Below, one piece after another: positions 1-8,425 of a stretch of DNA of 64,000 nt. Numbering within the stretch: position 1 is the stretch's first letter; each line of letters opens with the position of its first letter. The position numbers and the translations under genes are program-made. Source of the stretch: Alphaproteobacteria bacterium (lineage in GTDB: Bacteria; Pseudomonadota; Alphaproteobacteria; M2410); the NCBI GenBank assembly GCA_006226305.1, contig SBHG01000127.1:1367-65366 (forward strand). Reading direction: 5' to 3'. A model generated the notes under the pieces. It did no database searches, was not told where the DNA came from, and was given only the letters and a program-made list of their open reading frames with translations.

Positions 1-166
1 TTCCCTCATAGTGTGGGCGTCGCCAATGTCGCAAGCTTTGTCAATCAAATGACAAACCCGCCGAATTGGGTTACAAGCGCAGAAGGTGGTCACGGATTTC
101 GAGAAATCGCCGACCACTTGCTTTGCCACCGCTGATCCTGCCACTCATAAAAGAGTTTCTTTCCTC

Positions 167-727
167 ATGCCGATCAACCTGCCCAACCTCCTCAGCATCA
201 CCCGGATCGCCTTTGGTCCTTTGTGCATCTGGCTGCTGACCCAAGAAGCCTGGATGGCCGCACTGCTGGTTATGATTGTGGGTGAAGTTACGGATTTTCT
301 CGACGGCTTTATCGCGCGGCGCTACAGCCAGGTGACCGCCCTTGGCAAGATCATCGATCCCATGGCAGACAGTCTTTACCGGCAGATTGTCTTTATCGGG
401 TTCCACGCGGTCGGCCTATTGCCGACCTGGATGCTGGTGATCCTGTTTTCGCGGGACATCATCGTTTCCTACCTGCGCGTGGTCTCCGAACAGCACGGCA
501 TTACGCTGAGCGCGCGGCAGAGCGGCAAGATTAAAGCCCTCGCGCAAGGGTTCGCTCAAATGGGGGTCGTGATTTTGTTCCTGCTTGAGGGCTGGAAAGT
601 CGTGGCAAACGCTGAGCAATTTGTGGTTTGGCTTTTCCTTGTCGCCACCGCGGTTACGCTGTGGTCGCTTGTCGACTACTCGATGGCGGTCTTTCAACAG
701 CGCTCAGCAATCCAAAACAAATCCTGA
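167..727 (+). CDS. CDP-alcohol phosphatidyltransferase family protein (PgsA-like)
   Basis: ORF 86..727. DFLDGFIARR...G..IDPMAD fits the D-x2-D-G-x2-A-R...G-x3-D-x3-D signature. Several hydrophobic helices. ATG at 167 (MPINLPNLLS) is the likely start. Confidence 0.8.
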   Translation: MPINLPNLLSITRIAFGPLCIWLLTQEAWMAALLVMIVGEVTDFLDGFIARRYSQVTALGKIIDPMADSLYRQIVFIGFHAVGLLPTWMLVILFSRDIIVSYLRVVSEQHGITLSARQSGKIKALAQGFAQMGVVILFLLEGWKVVANAEQFVVWLFLVATAVTLWSLVDYSMAVFQQRSAIQNKS

Positions 728-736
728 TCCTGGAGT

Positions 737-1147
737 TTAGTGAAGCACCTGGGTTTTGCCGGGATTGAGGCAAAGCTCAAGCAGCTCCTGGGCGCGGGCA
801 CGTCTGTCCTCGACGGTTTCGCCATCGACGAAATGCATTTCACCGATGAGCATGTCCCCCAGGTTAAATTGAGCGTCGAGCACCAATACGTCGCGGTCAT
901 AATAATCGGCCAGCAGACCGGCTGCCTTGGTCGCCGCATAAAGATTGCCGCCTGCGGTTTCTTCCACCACCATGACCACAAGCCCCTGAACAAACGTTTC
1001 GAGATCCGTTGGAAAGTCTTCCTTTGTCCAGGTCTGAACGCCGGAGCTGCCAACATCAAACGACAGCTCAACGGCCTTTTCCGGAAAAACAACATAGAAA
1101 GACCCGCATTTTCCGGACCCCACGGCATGATGAGTACGCACAGTCAT
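737..1147 (-). CDS. hypothetical acidic protein
   Basis: ORF 737..1168 (-). Normal D/E/V/L/G-rich composition. AAGGTG lies 9 nt before the ATG at 1147. The mirror ORF 740..1171 (+) is about 9% His, as expected for an antisense read of GTG/ATG codons. The strand choice is not fully certain. Confidence 0.45.
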   Translation of the reverse strand: MTVRTHHAVGSGKCGSFYVVFPEKAVELSFDVGSSGVQTWTKEDFPTDLETFVQGLVVMVVEETAGGNLYAATKAAGLLADYYDRDVLVLDAQFNLGDMLIGEMHFVDGETVEDRRARAQELLELCLNPGKTQVLH

Positions 1148-1227
1148 CCCGCAACACCTTACACACATTAATACCCTGTTAAGAATTTAGCAGGCGCGCG
1201 CAGGACGACAAACCACCAAGTGGTTTT

Positions 1228-1235
1228 ATGGTTAA
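1228..1235 (-). promoter_or_regulatory. TTAACCAT octamer (CtrA half-site / SciP-type motif)
   Basis: Plus strand reads atggttaa. Intergenic, about 60-80 nt upstream of the minus-strand hypothetical gene. Confidence 0.35.
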
Positions 1236-1298
1236 GTGGTAAAGATCAAGGATAGCCTTGATTTTCGCATTACAAGCGGTGGCAATTGGGTGACACCC

Positions 1299-2066
1299 TT
1301 ACGGGTTTTTCCACCATTCCTTTTCAGACCAATCTGGACTTAGAGTTTTTCCTTTGGCCTTGCCGCCCCATTCCTTGATGGCTTTGCGATATTTTTTGTC
1401 GGACGAAAAGTTTTCGTGCGGCTCAAAGTCTTCAATCTTGGCGTCAACAATTTTGCCACCTGACTTGGGCAAAACTTTCTTGAAGGACCCGTCGGGGGCA
1501 ATGAGCGGGATCGGCCGGTTCCACCGAGAGAAGACACGGCGCATGGCGGCAGACTGATCCTTCATAGCATCTTCGTCAGCTTCATCCCGTTTGAAGACAT
1601 ATTTATAGGAGGCCAGAAACTCGTCGATATAGGTCTGCTCGACAATTTGCAGATTGGAAATGACCCAGCAGCGATCTTCAAAGATCCAATAGTAGGCAAG
1701 GCCTACCAGATCGCCTTCCTTAGTAAAGTAAGGAAAGAAAGGAAAGGCTCGGCAAGCCATAGTGCGGTTGTGTCGTTCGCAGTGAGCGGCACCTTTGCAC
1801 TCAATGGCGCAGGTGGTATCGGCCAGCTCTTCGACAATCTTGCGAGAGGCGGCGTCCACCGGTTTGTATTTGCGCCATAGGTCTGTACGTTTTTTGAGCA
1901 GCTTCCATTCGCTTTTCTCAACCACCGGAATGGCATTGTCCGCCGTGCAGCATACCGGTTCGCCGCCGTTGAGCGGCGCGCAGATGCGGCCACAATCATA
2001 TTTTTCTGAAATCGCCGACTCAAAGTTTTTGAAAACATGGTCGAAGTGTTTGGGCTTCATACTCAT
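1299..2066 (-). CDS. Cys-rich protein, YkgJ/UPF0153-like putative Zn/Fe-chelating domain
   Basis: ORF 1299..2138. Cys clusters CGRICAPLNGGEPVCC and CAIECKGAAHCERHNRTMACRAFPFFP. The start is moved to ATG 2066 (MSMKPKH) because an intrinsic terminator occupies 2089..2126. Confidence 0.55.
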   Translation of the reverse strand: MSMKPKHFDHVFKNFESAISEKYDCGRICAPLNGGEPVCCTADNAIPVVEKSEWKLLKKRTDLWRKYKPVDAASRKIVEELADTTCAIECKGAAHCERHNRTMACRAFPFFPYFTKEGDLVGLAYYWIFEDRCWVISNLQIVEQTYIDEFLASYKYVFKRDEADEDAMKDQSAAMRRVFSRWNRPIPLIAPDGSFKKVLPKSGGKIVDAKIEDFEPHENFSSDKKYRKAIKEWGGKAKGKTLSPDWSEKEWWKNP

Positions 2067-2088
2067 TGGGGAAATATCACTCGCGCGC

Positions 2089-2126
2089 AAAAAAGGGGCC
2101 TCGTGCTGGCAATAACACGAGGCCCC
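2089..2126 (-). terminator. rho-independent terminator of the S8 autotransporter gene
   Basis: Perfect 11-bp stem ggggcctcgtg / cacgaggcccc (2095-2105 / 2116-2126) with a 10-nt loop. The plus-strand A6 at 2089-2094 is a U-tract on the minus strand. Confidence 0.7.
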
Positions 2127-2153
2127 TTGAGAAGGCAAATTTGATTTCGCGCC

Positions 2154-4523
2154 CTAAAAGGTCCGCTTCATGTGGAGGAAGAGACTGGTCACAGGATCTG
2201 CTTCAGCCACATGGCCTGGCTCGATCTGATGCAGCAGATTGGTCTGCAGATCCCAGTCGCCGGTCAGGCGCGTGGTGTAGGCCATTTCCACATCAATTTC
2301 TCGGCCAGAGGGGCTGAGGTTAAGCACCTCGGAGGCAAAATCCGCTTCAAGGCGCTTATAGCTCCACGAAACGGGGGTTTCGAGCACGACCTCGCCCGTT
2401 TCCACATATAAGGGCTGAGCAATGGCAAAAGACAGGCGATCGCCCCGCTGCATGAGACCGGTCTTGCTGAGCGACAGCTCGCCGCTTGATGTCACCAGAT
2501 CGGAGGCACCGGCAAACATCGAGGTCTGACCACCTTCAACCTGGGTCAGACCGCCGCGAAGACCAATATTGAGCGCCAGCCCCTGTCCAAGCTGCCAGCT
2601 GCTGGCCAAACCGAGATAAACGGTTTGCGCTTCCTGGCCGAAGTCGAGCGCGCCGGAACTGCGGGTACCGAGGATCATGTTTTCCTCGCGCACATAGCCG
2701 GCCTCAATCTGCCAGCTTGATGCATTTGCGCTGCGCGACACTTGCGCGACGACAGCTGACTTGCGGGCTGGCGCCAGATTTGTCGGCAGAACCTGAGAGG
2801 TTTCGCTGGCAATATCGACTGTGCCGACCCCCAGGGCCAGACGTATTTTCTTACCGAGATCTTGCGAGAGCGCTACCCGGCGCGCTTCACCTCGTCCCGT
2901 CAGATAGGCGTTGTGGCCTGTAGCGTGAGAGATCGTCGCGTCGCTATGGGCGGTCGTGAAGGCCTCATCCGTAAAGCCCAGATTTTCGGTCAGGCTGTCG
3001 GCAAAAGTTGAGTAAAGGGACGTAGCCGTCCCCAGATCCGACTTCCAGCTCATGCGCATGGACTTATATCCCAGCTGCCCTCCATCTTCGGTTAAGGGCT
3101 GGCCGTTCTCATCGTAATAACGTCCGGTGTCCTCTTTGGTCACGGCGACCTTCATGGTCTGACCTTGGCCCAGCGGCAATTCAGCTGAATTGAAATTACG
3201 CTTGGCCTCCATAAGGCCGAGCAGGTCAGGGGCCGCATTAAAGGAAAACGTACGGTGGGTGAGATCGGTTCTGTAGCCGCGCAGATAGGCGTCAGAAAAA
3301 ATCGTATGGGTCAGAAGGTCTGATCGATCAAAGGCATCGCCAAAGGCGGCTCCCGACACCAGACCTGTTTGATTGACCGGTACGAGGGTTACCCCTTGGG
3401 TGGTTTGCACGGAGATGGATGTCACCCCCTGGGCGGAGAAAGCCGCTCCGACATCGAGAAAGCCCTGGCCATAGGTTGAGTCAATCCCGGGAGCGCCCAG
3501 ATCCACCGCTGTGGTGAAAAGAAGATTGACCACCTGGGCGGCTGACAGATGGGGAAAAGCGTCAATCAGAAGCGCCGCCGCTCCGGCAATGTGCGGCGCC
3601 GCGAAGGAGGTGCCGGAAACAAGGTAGAGCACATAGGCGTTACTGGCCTCATCCCACAAAGAAACAATGACGTCTTCGCCAGGGGCGGTCAGAAAGGCCT
3701 CCTGGTAGACCGCCACAGATCCGGCAGGGTTGGAGAAGGATGACAAGACCAACAGATTGTTCACCGAACCGGCAATGATCACCTGCCCCGGACCGGCGGC
3801 ATCGATCGCGTCCAGAGCGGACTGCTCCGGCATAATGGCGCCATTTTCACCCTCATTGCCCGCGGAGACCACGATAATGACCCCTGCGGCCACCGCATTG
3901 GCGATGGCATCCATCAGCACTTGCAGACTTGGATCGGGTCCGCCAAGGGAGATGTTGATGACATCAGCACCATTGGCCACCGCATAGTTGATGGCGGCTG
4001 CGATGTCTGTATCGTAAAAAGAACACCCGTCCACGGAGGCGCAGGTTCCCGGATCATCCGTACGCAGGGCCATGATCTGGGCGTCAAAAGCAACGCCATG
4101 GGTGTAGGAGTTGTTTTTGGCGCCGGCGATGATTTGCGAGACCATGGTGCCATGGCCATCAATATCGTCCAGATCATTGCGGAAGGTGAACATGTCCTTG
4201 CTGGCGGCATCAAGTTGGCCGATCAGATCTGGGTGCTGCAGGTCAGCGCCGGAATCGATCACCGCAACAGTTACCCCGGTGCCCGTATAGCCCGCATTGT
4301 AAGCGTGGATGGCGTCAATGGCATCCAGGCCCCAGTTACGGCGGTACTCGGCGGTATTATAGTTCGTGGTGGTGCCGCCGCCGCCAGAAGAGCCGCCGCC
4401 GCCCGTAGAGCCACCGCTGCCGGATGGGGTTCCACCACCACCGCCGCCGCCACAGGCGGTCAAAGCCAGCGCCAAAGTGAGCACGCTTGTGCTGCGAATT
4501 AGATTTTTCTTGATATTTTTCAA
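2154..4523 (-). CDS. subtilisin-like (S8) serine protease autotransporter lipoprotein (NalP/SphB1-type architecture)
   Basis: Catalytic triad contexts VAVIDSGAD, DGHGTMVSQ and SGTSFAAPHIAG. Lipobox LALTAC is followed by a poly-Gly/Ser linker. C-terminal beta-domain ends in ...KRTF. The probable start is TTG 4523 (MKNIKKNLIR...) with GGGGA 8 nt upstream; the ORF track starts at 4562. Confidence 0.85.
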   Translation of the reverse strand: MKNIKKNLIRSTSVLTLALALTACGGGGGGGTPSGSGGSTGGGGSSGGGGTTTNYNTAEYRRNWGLDAIDAIHAYNAGYTGTGVTVAVIDSGADLQHPDLIGQLDAASKDMFTFRNDLDDIDGHGTMVSQIIAGAKNNSYTHGVAFDAQIMALRTDDPGTCASVDGCSFYDTDIAAAINYAVANGADVINISLGGPDPSLQVLMDAIANAVAAGVIIVVSAGNEGENGAIMPEQSALDAIDAAGPGQVIIAGSVNNLLVLSSFSNPAGSVAVYQEAFLTAPGEDVIVSLWDEASNAYVLYLVSGTSFAAPHIAGAAALLIDAFPHLSAAQVVNLLFTTAVDLGAPGIDSTYGQGFLDVGAAFSAQGVTSISVQTTQGVTLVPVNQTGLVSGAAFGDAFDRSDLLTHTIFSDAYLRGYRTDLTHRTFSFNAAPDLLGLMEAKRNFNSAELPLGQGQTMKVAVTKEDTGRYYDENGQPLTEDGGQLGYKSMRMSWKSDLGTATSLYSTFADSLTENLGFTDEAFTTAHSDATISHATGHNAYLTGRGEARRVALSQDLGKKIRLALGVGTVDIASETSQVLPTNLAPARKSAVVAQVSRSANASSWQIEAGYVREENMILGTRSSGALDFGQEAQTVYLGLASSWQLGQGLALNIGLRGGLTQVEGGQTSMFAGASDLVTSSGELSLSKTGLMQRGDRLSFAIAQPLYVETGEVVLETPVSWSYKRLEADFASEVLNLSPSGREIDVEMAYTTRLTGDWDLQTNLLHQIEPGHVAEADPVTSLFLHMKRTF

Positions 4524-4649
4524 TGTCTTAGTCCCCAAATCGTCACATCGGGGCCCCCTCAAGCGCCCTCGGCAGTCTTTTACTGAAAGAGGACACTCCC
4601 TGTCCTGATCAGCCTATCTAGACATAAAATCCTTTTCAATTTCTTGAGC

Positions 4650-4657
4650 ATGGTTAA
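4650..4657 (-). promoter_or_regulatory. TTAACCAT octamer (CtrA half-site / SciP-type motif)
   Basis: Plus strand reads atggttaa. About 127 nt upstream of the S8 autotransporter start, in the same orientation. Confidence 0.35.
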
Positions 4658-4895
4658 TCAAAATTGCCCGACGTTGTGCCCGGGGCACCACAGGCAGGAA
4701 AAGGGCAGCCTGTGACAACACAAGAGAACGAATGGGGCTCAATCTGGTCCCTGGCCACAGACCCGGTTTTCAAAATGACTTTCCCGCGCCGATTTCTTAC
4801 TTTTGCCCGCATTGCCCCTTATATTGGGGCCGCGTTTGGCCGATTCGTTTGCGAAAATCGGCCCAAGTCGTTGGTAACAAGGGGAGTTGTCGTCC

Positions 4896-5714
4896 ATGAG
4901 ATCTGGCGTTGTCATTTGCGGCCTTGCCGCCAAATTCGCCCTTTCGAGTGTGGTTATGGCAAATGACTGGCCGGAGGATCCAGCGGAAAAAGGAGCCGCC
5001 ATCGCCCAGGCCACCAAGAATATGGATCTGGGCTTTCAGGACAGTCAGGCCACCATGCATATGGTGCTGACCAATGCCCGAGGCGATGAGAGCACACGAG
5101 AACTTCGCATGATGACCCTTGAGCGCAGGGGCGAGGATGAAGGCAATTGGTCCTTGATCGTTTTTGACCACCCCCGGGACATCGAAGGCACGGCGCTGCT
5201 CACTCATGCGCGGATCCTGGAAGCGGACGATCAATGGATGTATCTGCCCAAACTCGGGCGCGTGAAACGCATTTCTTCCGCAAATAAGGCAGGCCCCTTT
5301 ATGGGCAGTGAATTTGCCTTTGAAGATTTTACCGCGCAGGAGCCCGGTAAATTTGCCCACACCTGGTTGCGGGACGAGCCCTGCCCCGCGCCTCTTGAGA
5401 CCGTCACCTGTCATGTGACAGAGCGGCGACCGCTTTACGAACGCTCCGGCTATACCCGGCAGGTGGTATGGAGTGATGCGGTGGATCTGCAGCCGCGCCA
5501 GATTGACTATTACGACCGCAAGGACGCCTTGCTCAAAACCCTGTCGCTGACCGCCTATACGCAATACCTTGATCAATACTGGCGCGCGAAGGACCTTTTT
5601 ATGGTCAATCATGTGACCGGTAAAAAAACGCGGCTGGCCTGGGAGGATTACACTTTCCAGACAGGCCTGGGCGAAAAGGATTTTGACAAATCCTCTCTGG
5701 AACACGCGCGTTAG
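4896..5714 (+). CDS. outer-membrane lipoprotein-sorting (LolA-like) family protein
   Basis: Signal peptide. Segment WMYLPKLGRVKRISSANKAGPFMGSEFAFEDF is typical of the LolA-like family. GGGGAG lies 10 nt before ATG 4896. Confidence 0.75.
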   Translation: MRSGVVICGLAAKFALSSVVMANDWPEDPAEKGAAIAQATKNMDLGFQDSQATMHMVLTNARGDESTRELRMMTLERRGEDEGNWSLIVFDHPRDIEGTALLTHARILEADDQWMYLPKLGRVKRISSANKAGPFMGSEFAFEDFTAQEPGKFAHTWLRDEPCPAPLETVTCHVTERRPLYERSGYTRQVVWSDAVDLQPRQIDYYDRKDALLKTLSLTAYTQYLDQYWRAKDLFMVNHVTGKKTRLAWEDYTFQTGLGEKDFDKSSLEHAR

Positions 5715-5727
5715 AGGAGACCTCTTG

Positions 5728-6936
5728 ATGACCGGTCATCGCGCCGTCCTGCTGATTGGATCCCTGCTTGCCGGAACCTGTGTCGGCGCGCCCGCTCTGG
5801 CAGCGGAAACAGAAATTTCCGGTTCGGTTGAATTTGAGTTTCGCGGGTTCTTTGAAACACCTTCCGACGCGCAGCAGCCGGAGACCAATCTTTCGGTTGC
5901 GTTTCAGACCACGCTTGAAATCAGCTCGGCGGATCGGCGTCAGAATTTCGTGGTGACCCCCTATTACCGGTGGGACCAACATGACCCGAACCGTTCGCAC
6001 ATTGACTTGCGCGAGGCGCGCTACTTCGGCGCCTTTGACGGACTTAATTTGCGGGTCGGCGTCGACAAGGTGTTTTGGGGCGTTACAGAAGCGGTGCATC
6101 TGGTTGACATTATCAACCAAACGGACCTGGTGGAAAATATCGACGGCGAGGAAAAGCTCGGGCAACCGATGGTCAGTCTCGGGCTGCCGACAGATGTGGG
6201 CACTTTCGAGATTTTCTGGTTACCTTATTTTCGTGAGCGCACTTTTGAAGATTTTGAAGGCCGCCCGCGATTTAACTGGCCGGTTGATCCTGATCAGGCT
6301 TTTTACGAGGACCCAGACAAGGAACGCCATCAGGATATCGCTGTGCGATGGAGCCATTACATTGGCGAATTTGACATTGGCCTGGCGCATTTTGAGGGGA
6401 CGGGCCGCGAACCACTTCTTATTCCCGGACTTGATGCCAAGGCGCGACCGGTGCTGATCCCGTTTTATGTGCAGATATCACAAACCTCCATCGACTTGCA
6501 GGCGACGTTCGGGTCTTGGCTCTACAAATTTGAAGGCCTGAGCCGGGAAGAATATGGCCAAAGCTACGTCCAGGCGACCGGCGGAATTGAATATAGCTTC
6601 TATGGTCTCTTCGGCACCGCTCAGGATCTCGGTATTGTCGCGGAATATGTCTGGGACGAGAGAGACGAGCTCGCCCCAACGCCCTATAACAATGACGGCT
6701 TTTTAGGACTGCGCTGGGCGCTCAATGACGAGCAAAGCACCTCGGTTCTGGCGGGCGTCCTGGCTGATTTCAACACGGACGCCTGGCTTCTTCGTGTGGA
6801 GGCAGAGCGACGTCTTGGCGAGATGGCCTCGATTTCGCTGGAGGCTCAGTTTAGCGGCAATGTTCCACCAGAGGACATTCTTTACTCCTTCGAAGATGAC
6901 GATTTTATTCAGCTTCGCCTAACACGCTACTATTGA
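5728..6936 (+). CDS. outer-membrane beta-barrel (porin-like) protein
   Basis: ATG 5728 is preceded by GAGGAGA. Signal peptide ...GAPALAAE. Alternating beta-strand pattern with a C-terminal aromatic end ...LTRYY. Adjacent to the LolA-like gene. Confidence 0.6.
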   Translation: MTGHRAVLLIGSLLAGTCVGAPALAAETEISGSVEFEFRGFFETPSDAQQPETNLSVAFQTTLEISSADRRQNFVVTPYYRWDQHDPNRSHIDLREARYFGAFDGLNLRVGVDKVFWGVTEAVHLVDIINQTDLVENIDGEEKLGQPMVSLGLPTDVGTFEIFWLPYFRERTFEDFEGRPRFNWPVDPDQAFYEDPDKERHQDIAVRWSHYIGEFDIGLAHFEGTGREPLLIPGLDAKARPVLIPFYVQISQTSIDLQATFGSWLYKFEGLSREEYGQSYVQATGGIEYSFYGLFGTAQDLGIVAEYVWDERDELAPTPYNNDGFLGLRWALNDEQSTSVLAGVLADFNTDAWLLRVEAERRLGEMASISLEAQFSGNVPPEDILYSFEDDDFIQLRLTRYY

Positions 6937-7276
6937 GCCCCATTTACGGACACCCAATCGGCGACCTAACCCAATAGCGTTTAAGTCTCCCTCTACTTAT
7001 TGTCCGTACAAGGATTGTTTTTTTCATCTTGAATGTGCGGACACTGTGTCAAGGATCACACTTCTCACCCACACCTCTGCTTGACAGTTGATTTTAACCG
7101 CTTTCGCGCCGCGCGCTCCTGTAGCCATGGTCACACCCATTTCCTGCTTCCCTAAGAGGGAATTGTGTTATCCCTGAGCCGTCCCCAAATTTCGGCTCAA
7201 GGCAAACACGCCACCTCTCCGGCAGTTTGCATCCAAGAGCCGGCACAATGGTGTGCCGCTAAAAAATTTAGGGAAC

Positions 7277-7573
7277 ATGAAAATGCGTCTTGTATCTGTT
7301 TTACTTATCTCTGGCCTTGTTGCGACCTCTGCCTTTACTCCGGCCATAGCCTCTGACCGTACCGATGCGGTTAATGCCTGCAAAACTTCTATTGAGGAAA
7401 AGATCGAGGGTGAAGATCTGAAAATCACACTCGGCCGTGTCAAAGCGGTTCGCGATGATGCCCGCTACAAATTTCGAGTGAAATATACCAATGGCGAAGG
7501 GGAGCGCGCGGCGGTCAATGCCGAATGTCTGGCCAGCCGCGATGGTGAAGTTATCAGTCTGGAGATTCTCTAA
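7277..7573 (+). CDS. small secreted PepSY-like protein
   Basis: MKMRLVSVLLISGLVATSAFTPAIA signal peptide. The mature part (...ARYKFRVKYTNGEGERAAVNAECLASRDGEVISLEI) resembles the PepSY fold pattern. This is a by-eye call only. Confidence 0.45.
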   Translation: MKMRLVSVLLISGLVATSAFTPAIASDRTDAVNACKTSIEEKIEGEDLKITLGRVKAVRDDARYKFRVKYTNGEGERAAVNAECLASRDGEVISLEIL

Positions 7574-7609
7574 GCTTGCAGGCTGATCTGAAATTAGAAG
7601 GGGCACTCT

Positions 7610-8413
7610 TTGTCCGTACTTGAACCCTCTCTTATTCAACCCAGCGCAGCTCCCTTTGGCGGGGAGCTGCGTTATTGGCGCCGGTTGCGCGGTCTTTCGC
7701 AAATGGAGCTCGCCAACAAAGCGGCCACGACCCCGCGCCATGTTTCCTTTATGGAGACCGGTCGCTCGCGTCCCAGCGGGCAGATGGTGTTGCGACTGGT
7801 TGAAGCGCTGGATGTGCCGCCGGCAGATCGCAATGACATGCTGGTGGCGGCCGGATTTGAACCGATTTATGAATCCCCCGGCATGGAAGACCATGACCGG
7901 GCGGCCTATGAACGGGTCTTCCGACAAATGCTCCAGGCCCATGAGCCCTATCCAGCCCTTCTGCTCAATCGCTGGTATGACGTCATTGTCAAAAATGATG
8001 CCGCTCAGCGGTTTTTGGCAGGGGGCGCTTCGAATGAACCCACCAATATCATCGACGTTATTTTTGCCCGGGATACTTTTCGGGGCATGGTGCGTAACTG
8101 GACTCATTGCGCCTGGACCATTTTGCATGAGCTTCGACGGGAGGTGATCGCCGTTCCGCGGGACAAGCGCCTGCACCGGTTGTTGCTGGTGGCCGAAAGC
8201 GCCATGGCGGATATCCAGCCGCCGGTTTGGGGCCGCGAAGACGAAATGGAACATCATGCGATTTATCTGGTCGAGGGGGAGGCTGTGCACACGGTGGTGA
8301 CCATGACCAAAGCCTATAATTTCGACCCGAGCTGCCCAGATCAGCTTCGGGTCATGAGCATGTTCCCCAGGGACGATGCGGCAGAGCGTTTTTTCCGTAA
8401 ACTGGCGGAGTAA
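7610..8413 (+). CDS. XRE-family HTH regulator with MmyB-like ligand-binding domain
   Basis: LRGLSQMELANKAATTPRHVSFMETGRSRPSGQMVLRL is the HTH typical of MmyB-like regulators, followed by about 190 aa C-terminal domain. TTG start with GGGG 7 nt upstream. Confidence 0.8.
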   Translation: MSVLEPSLIQPSAAPFGGELRYWRRLRGLSQMELANKAATTPRHVSFMETGRSRPSGQMVLRLVEALDVPPADRNDMLVAAGFEPIYESPGMEDHDRAAYERVFRQMLQAHEPYPALLLNRWYDVIVKNDAAQRFLAGGASNEPTNIIDVIFARDTFRGMVRNWTHCAWTILHELRREVIAVPRDKRLHRLLLVAESAMADIQPPVWGREDEMEHHAIYLVEGEAVHTVVTMTKAYNFDPSCPDQLRVMSMFPRDDAAERFFRKLAE

Positions 8414-8425
8414 CCCTCGATCGAC

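Noticed and set aside
740-1171. 143-aa plus-strand ORF mirroring the minus-strand ORF 737..1168, with GGAG 4 nt before its GTG and slightly higher GC3
   Set aside because: About 9% His with odd low-complexity stretches (FFHHHDHK, STHSHPATPYTH). That is expected when Val/Met/Asp codons of a real minus-strand gene are read antisense. The minus-strand product has normal composition and G-rich first codon positions. This remains the least certain strand call in the window.
1245-1262. 7-bp hairpin ATCAAGG-atag-CCTTGAT flanked by short A and T runs
   Set aside because: The stem is short and only 3-4 T residues follow it. It might be a weak bidirectional terminator, but the support is insufficient to annotate.
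4366-4453. GGC/GCC-rich tandem-looking DNA
   Set aside because: It encodes the Gly/Ser linker of the autotransporter. The antisense ORFs rich in Pro/Ala (4366-4608 +, 4271-4453 -) are artefacts. It is not a CRISPR array or a satellite repeat.
4797-5705. 302-aa minus-strand ORF
   Set aside because: It is fully antisense to the well-supported LolA-like gene. It has Arg/Gly/His/Pro-rich composition and no start context.
6942-7008. TACGGACA ... TGTCCGTA inverted repeat followed 10 nt later by T7, downstream of the OM-barrel gene
   Set aside because: The arms are separated by about 45 nt and the T-tract is not adjacent to the stem. It is not a convincing intrinsic terminator.
7301-8290. 329-aa minus-strand ORF
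   Set aside because: It is antisense to the MmyB-like regulator, whose HTH is clearly recognisable. Its composition is Arg/Gly/His-rich, typical of a shadow ORF.
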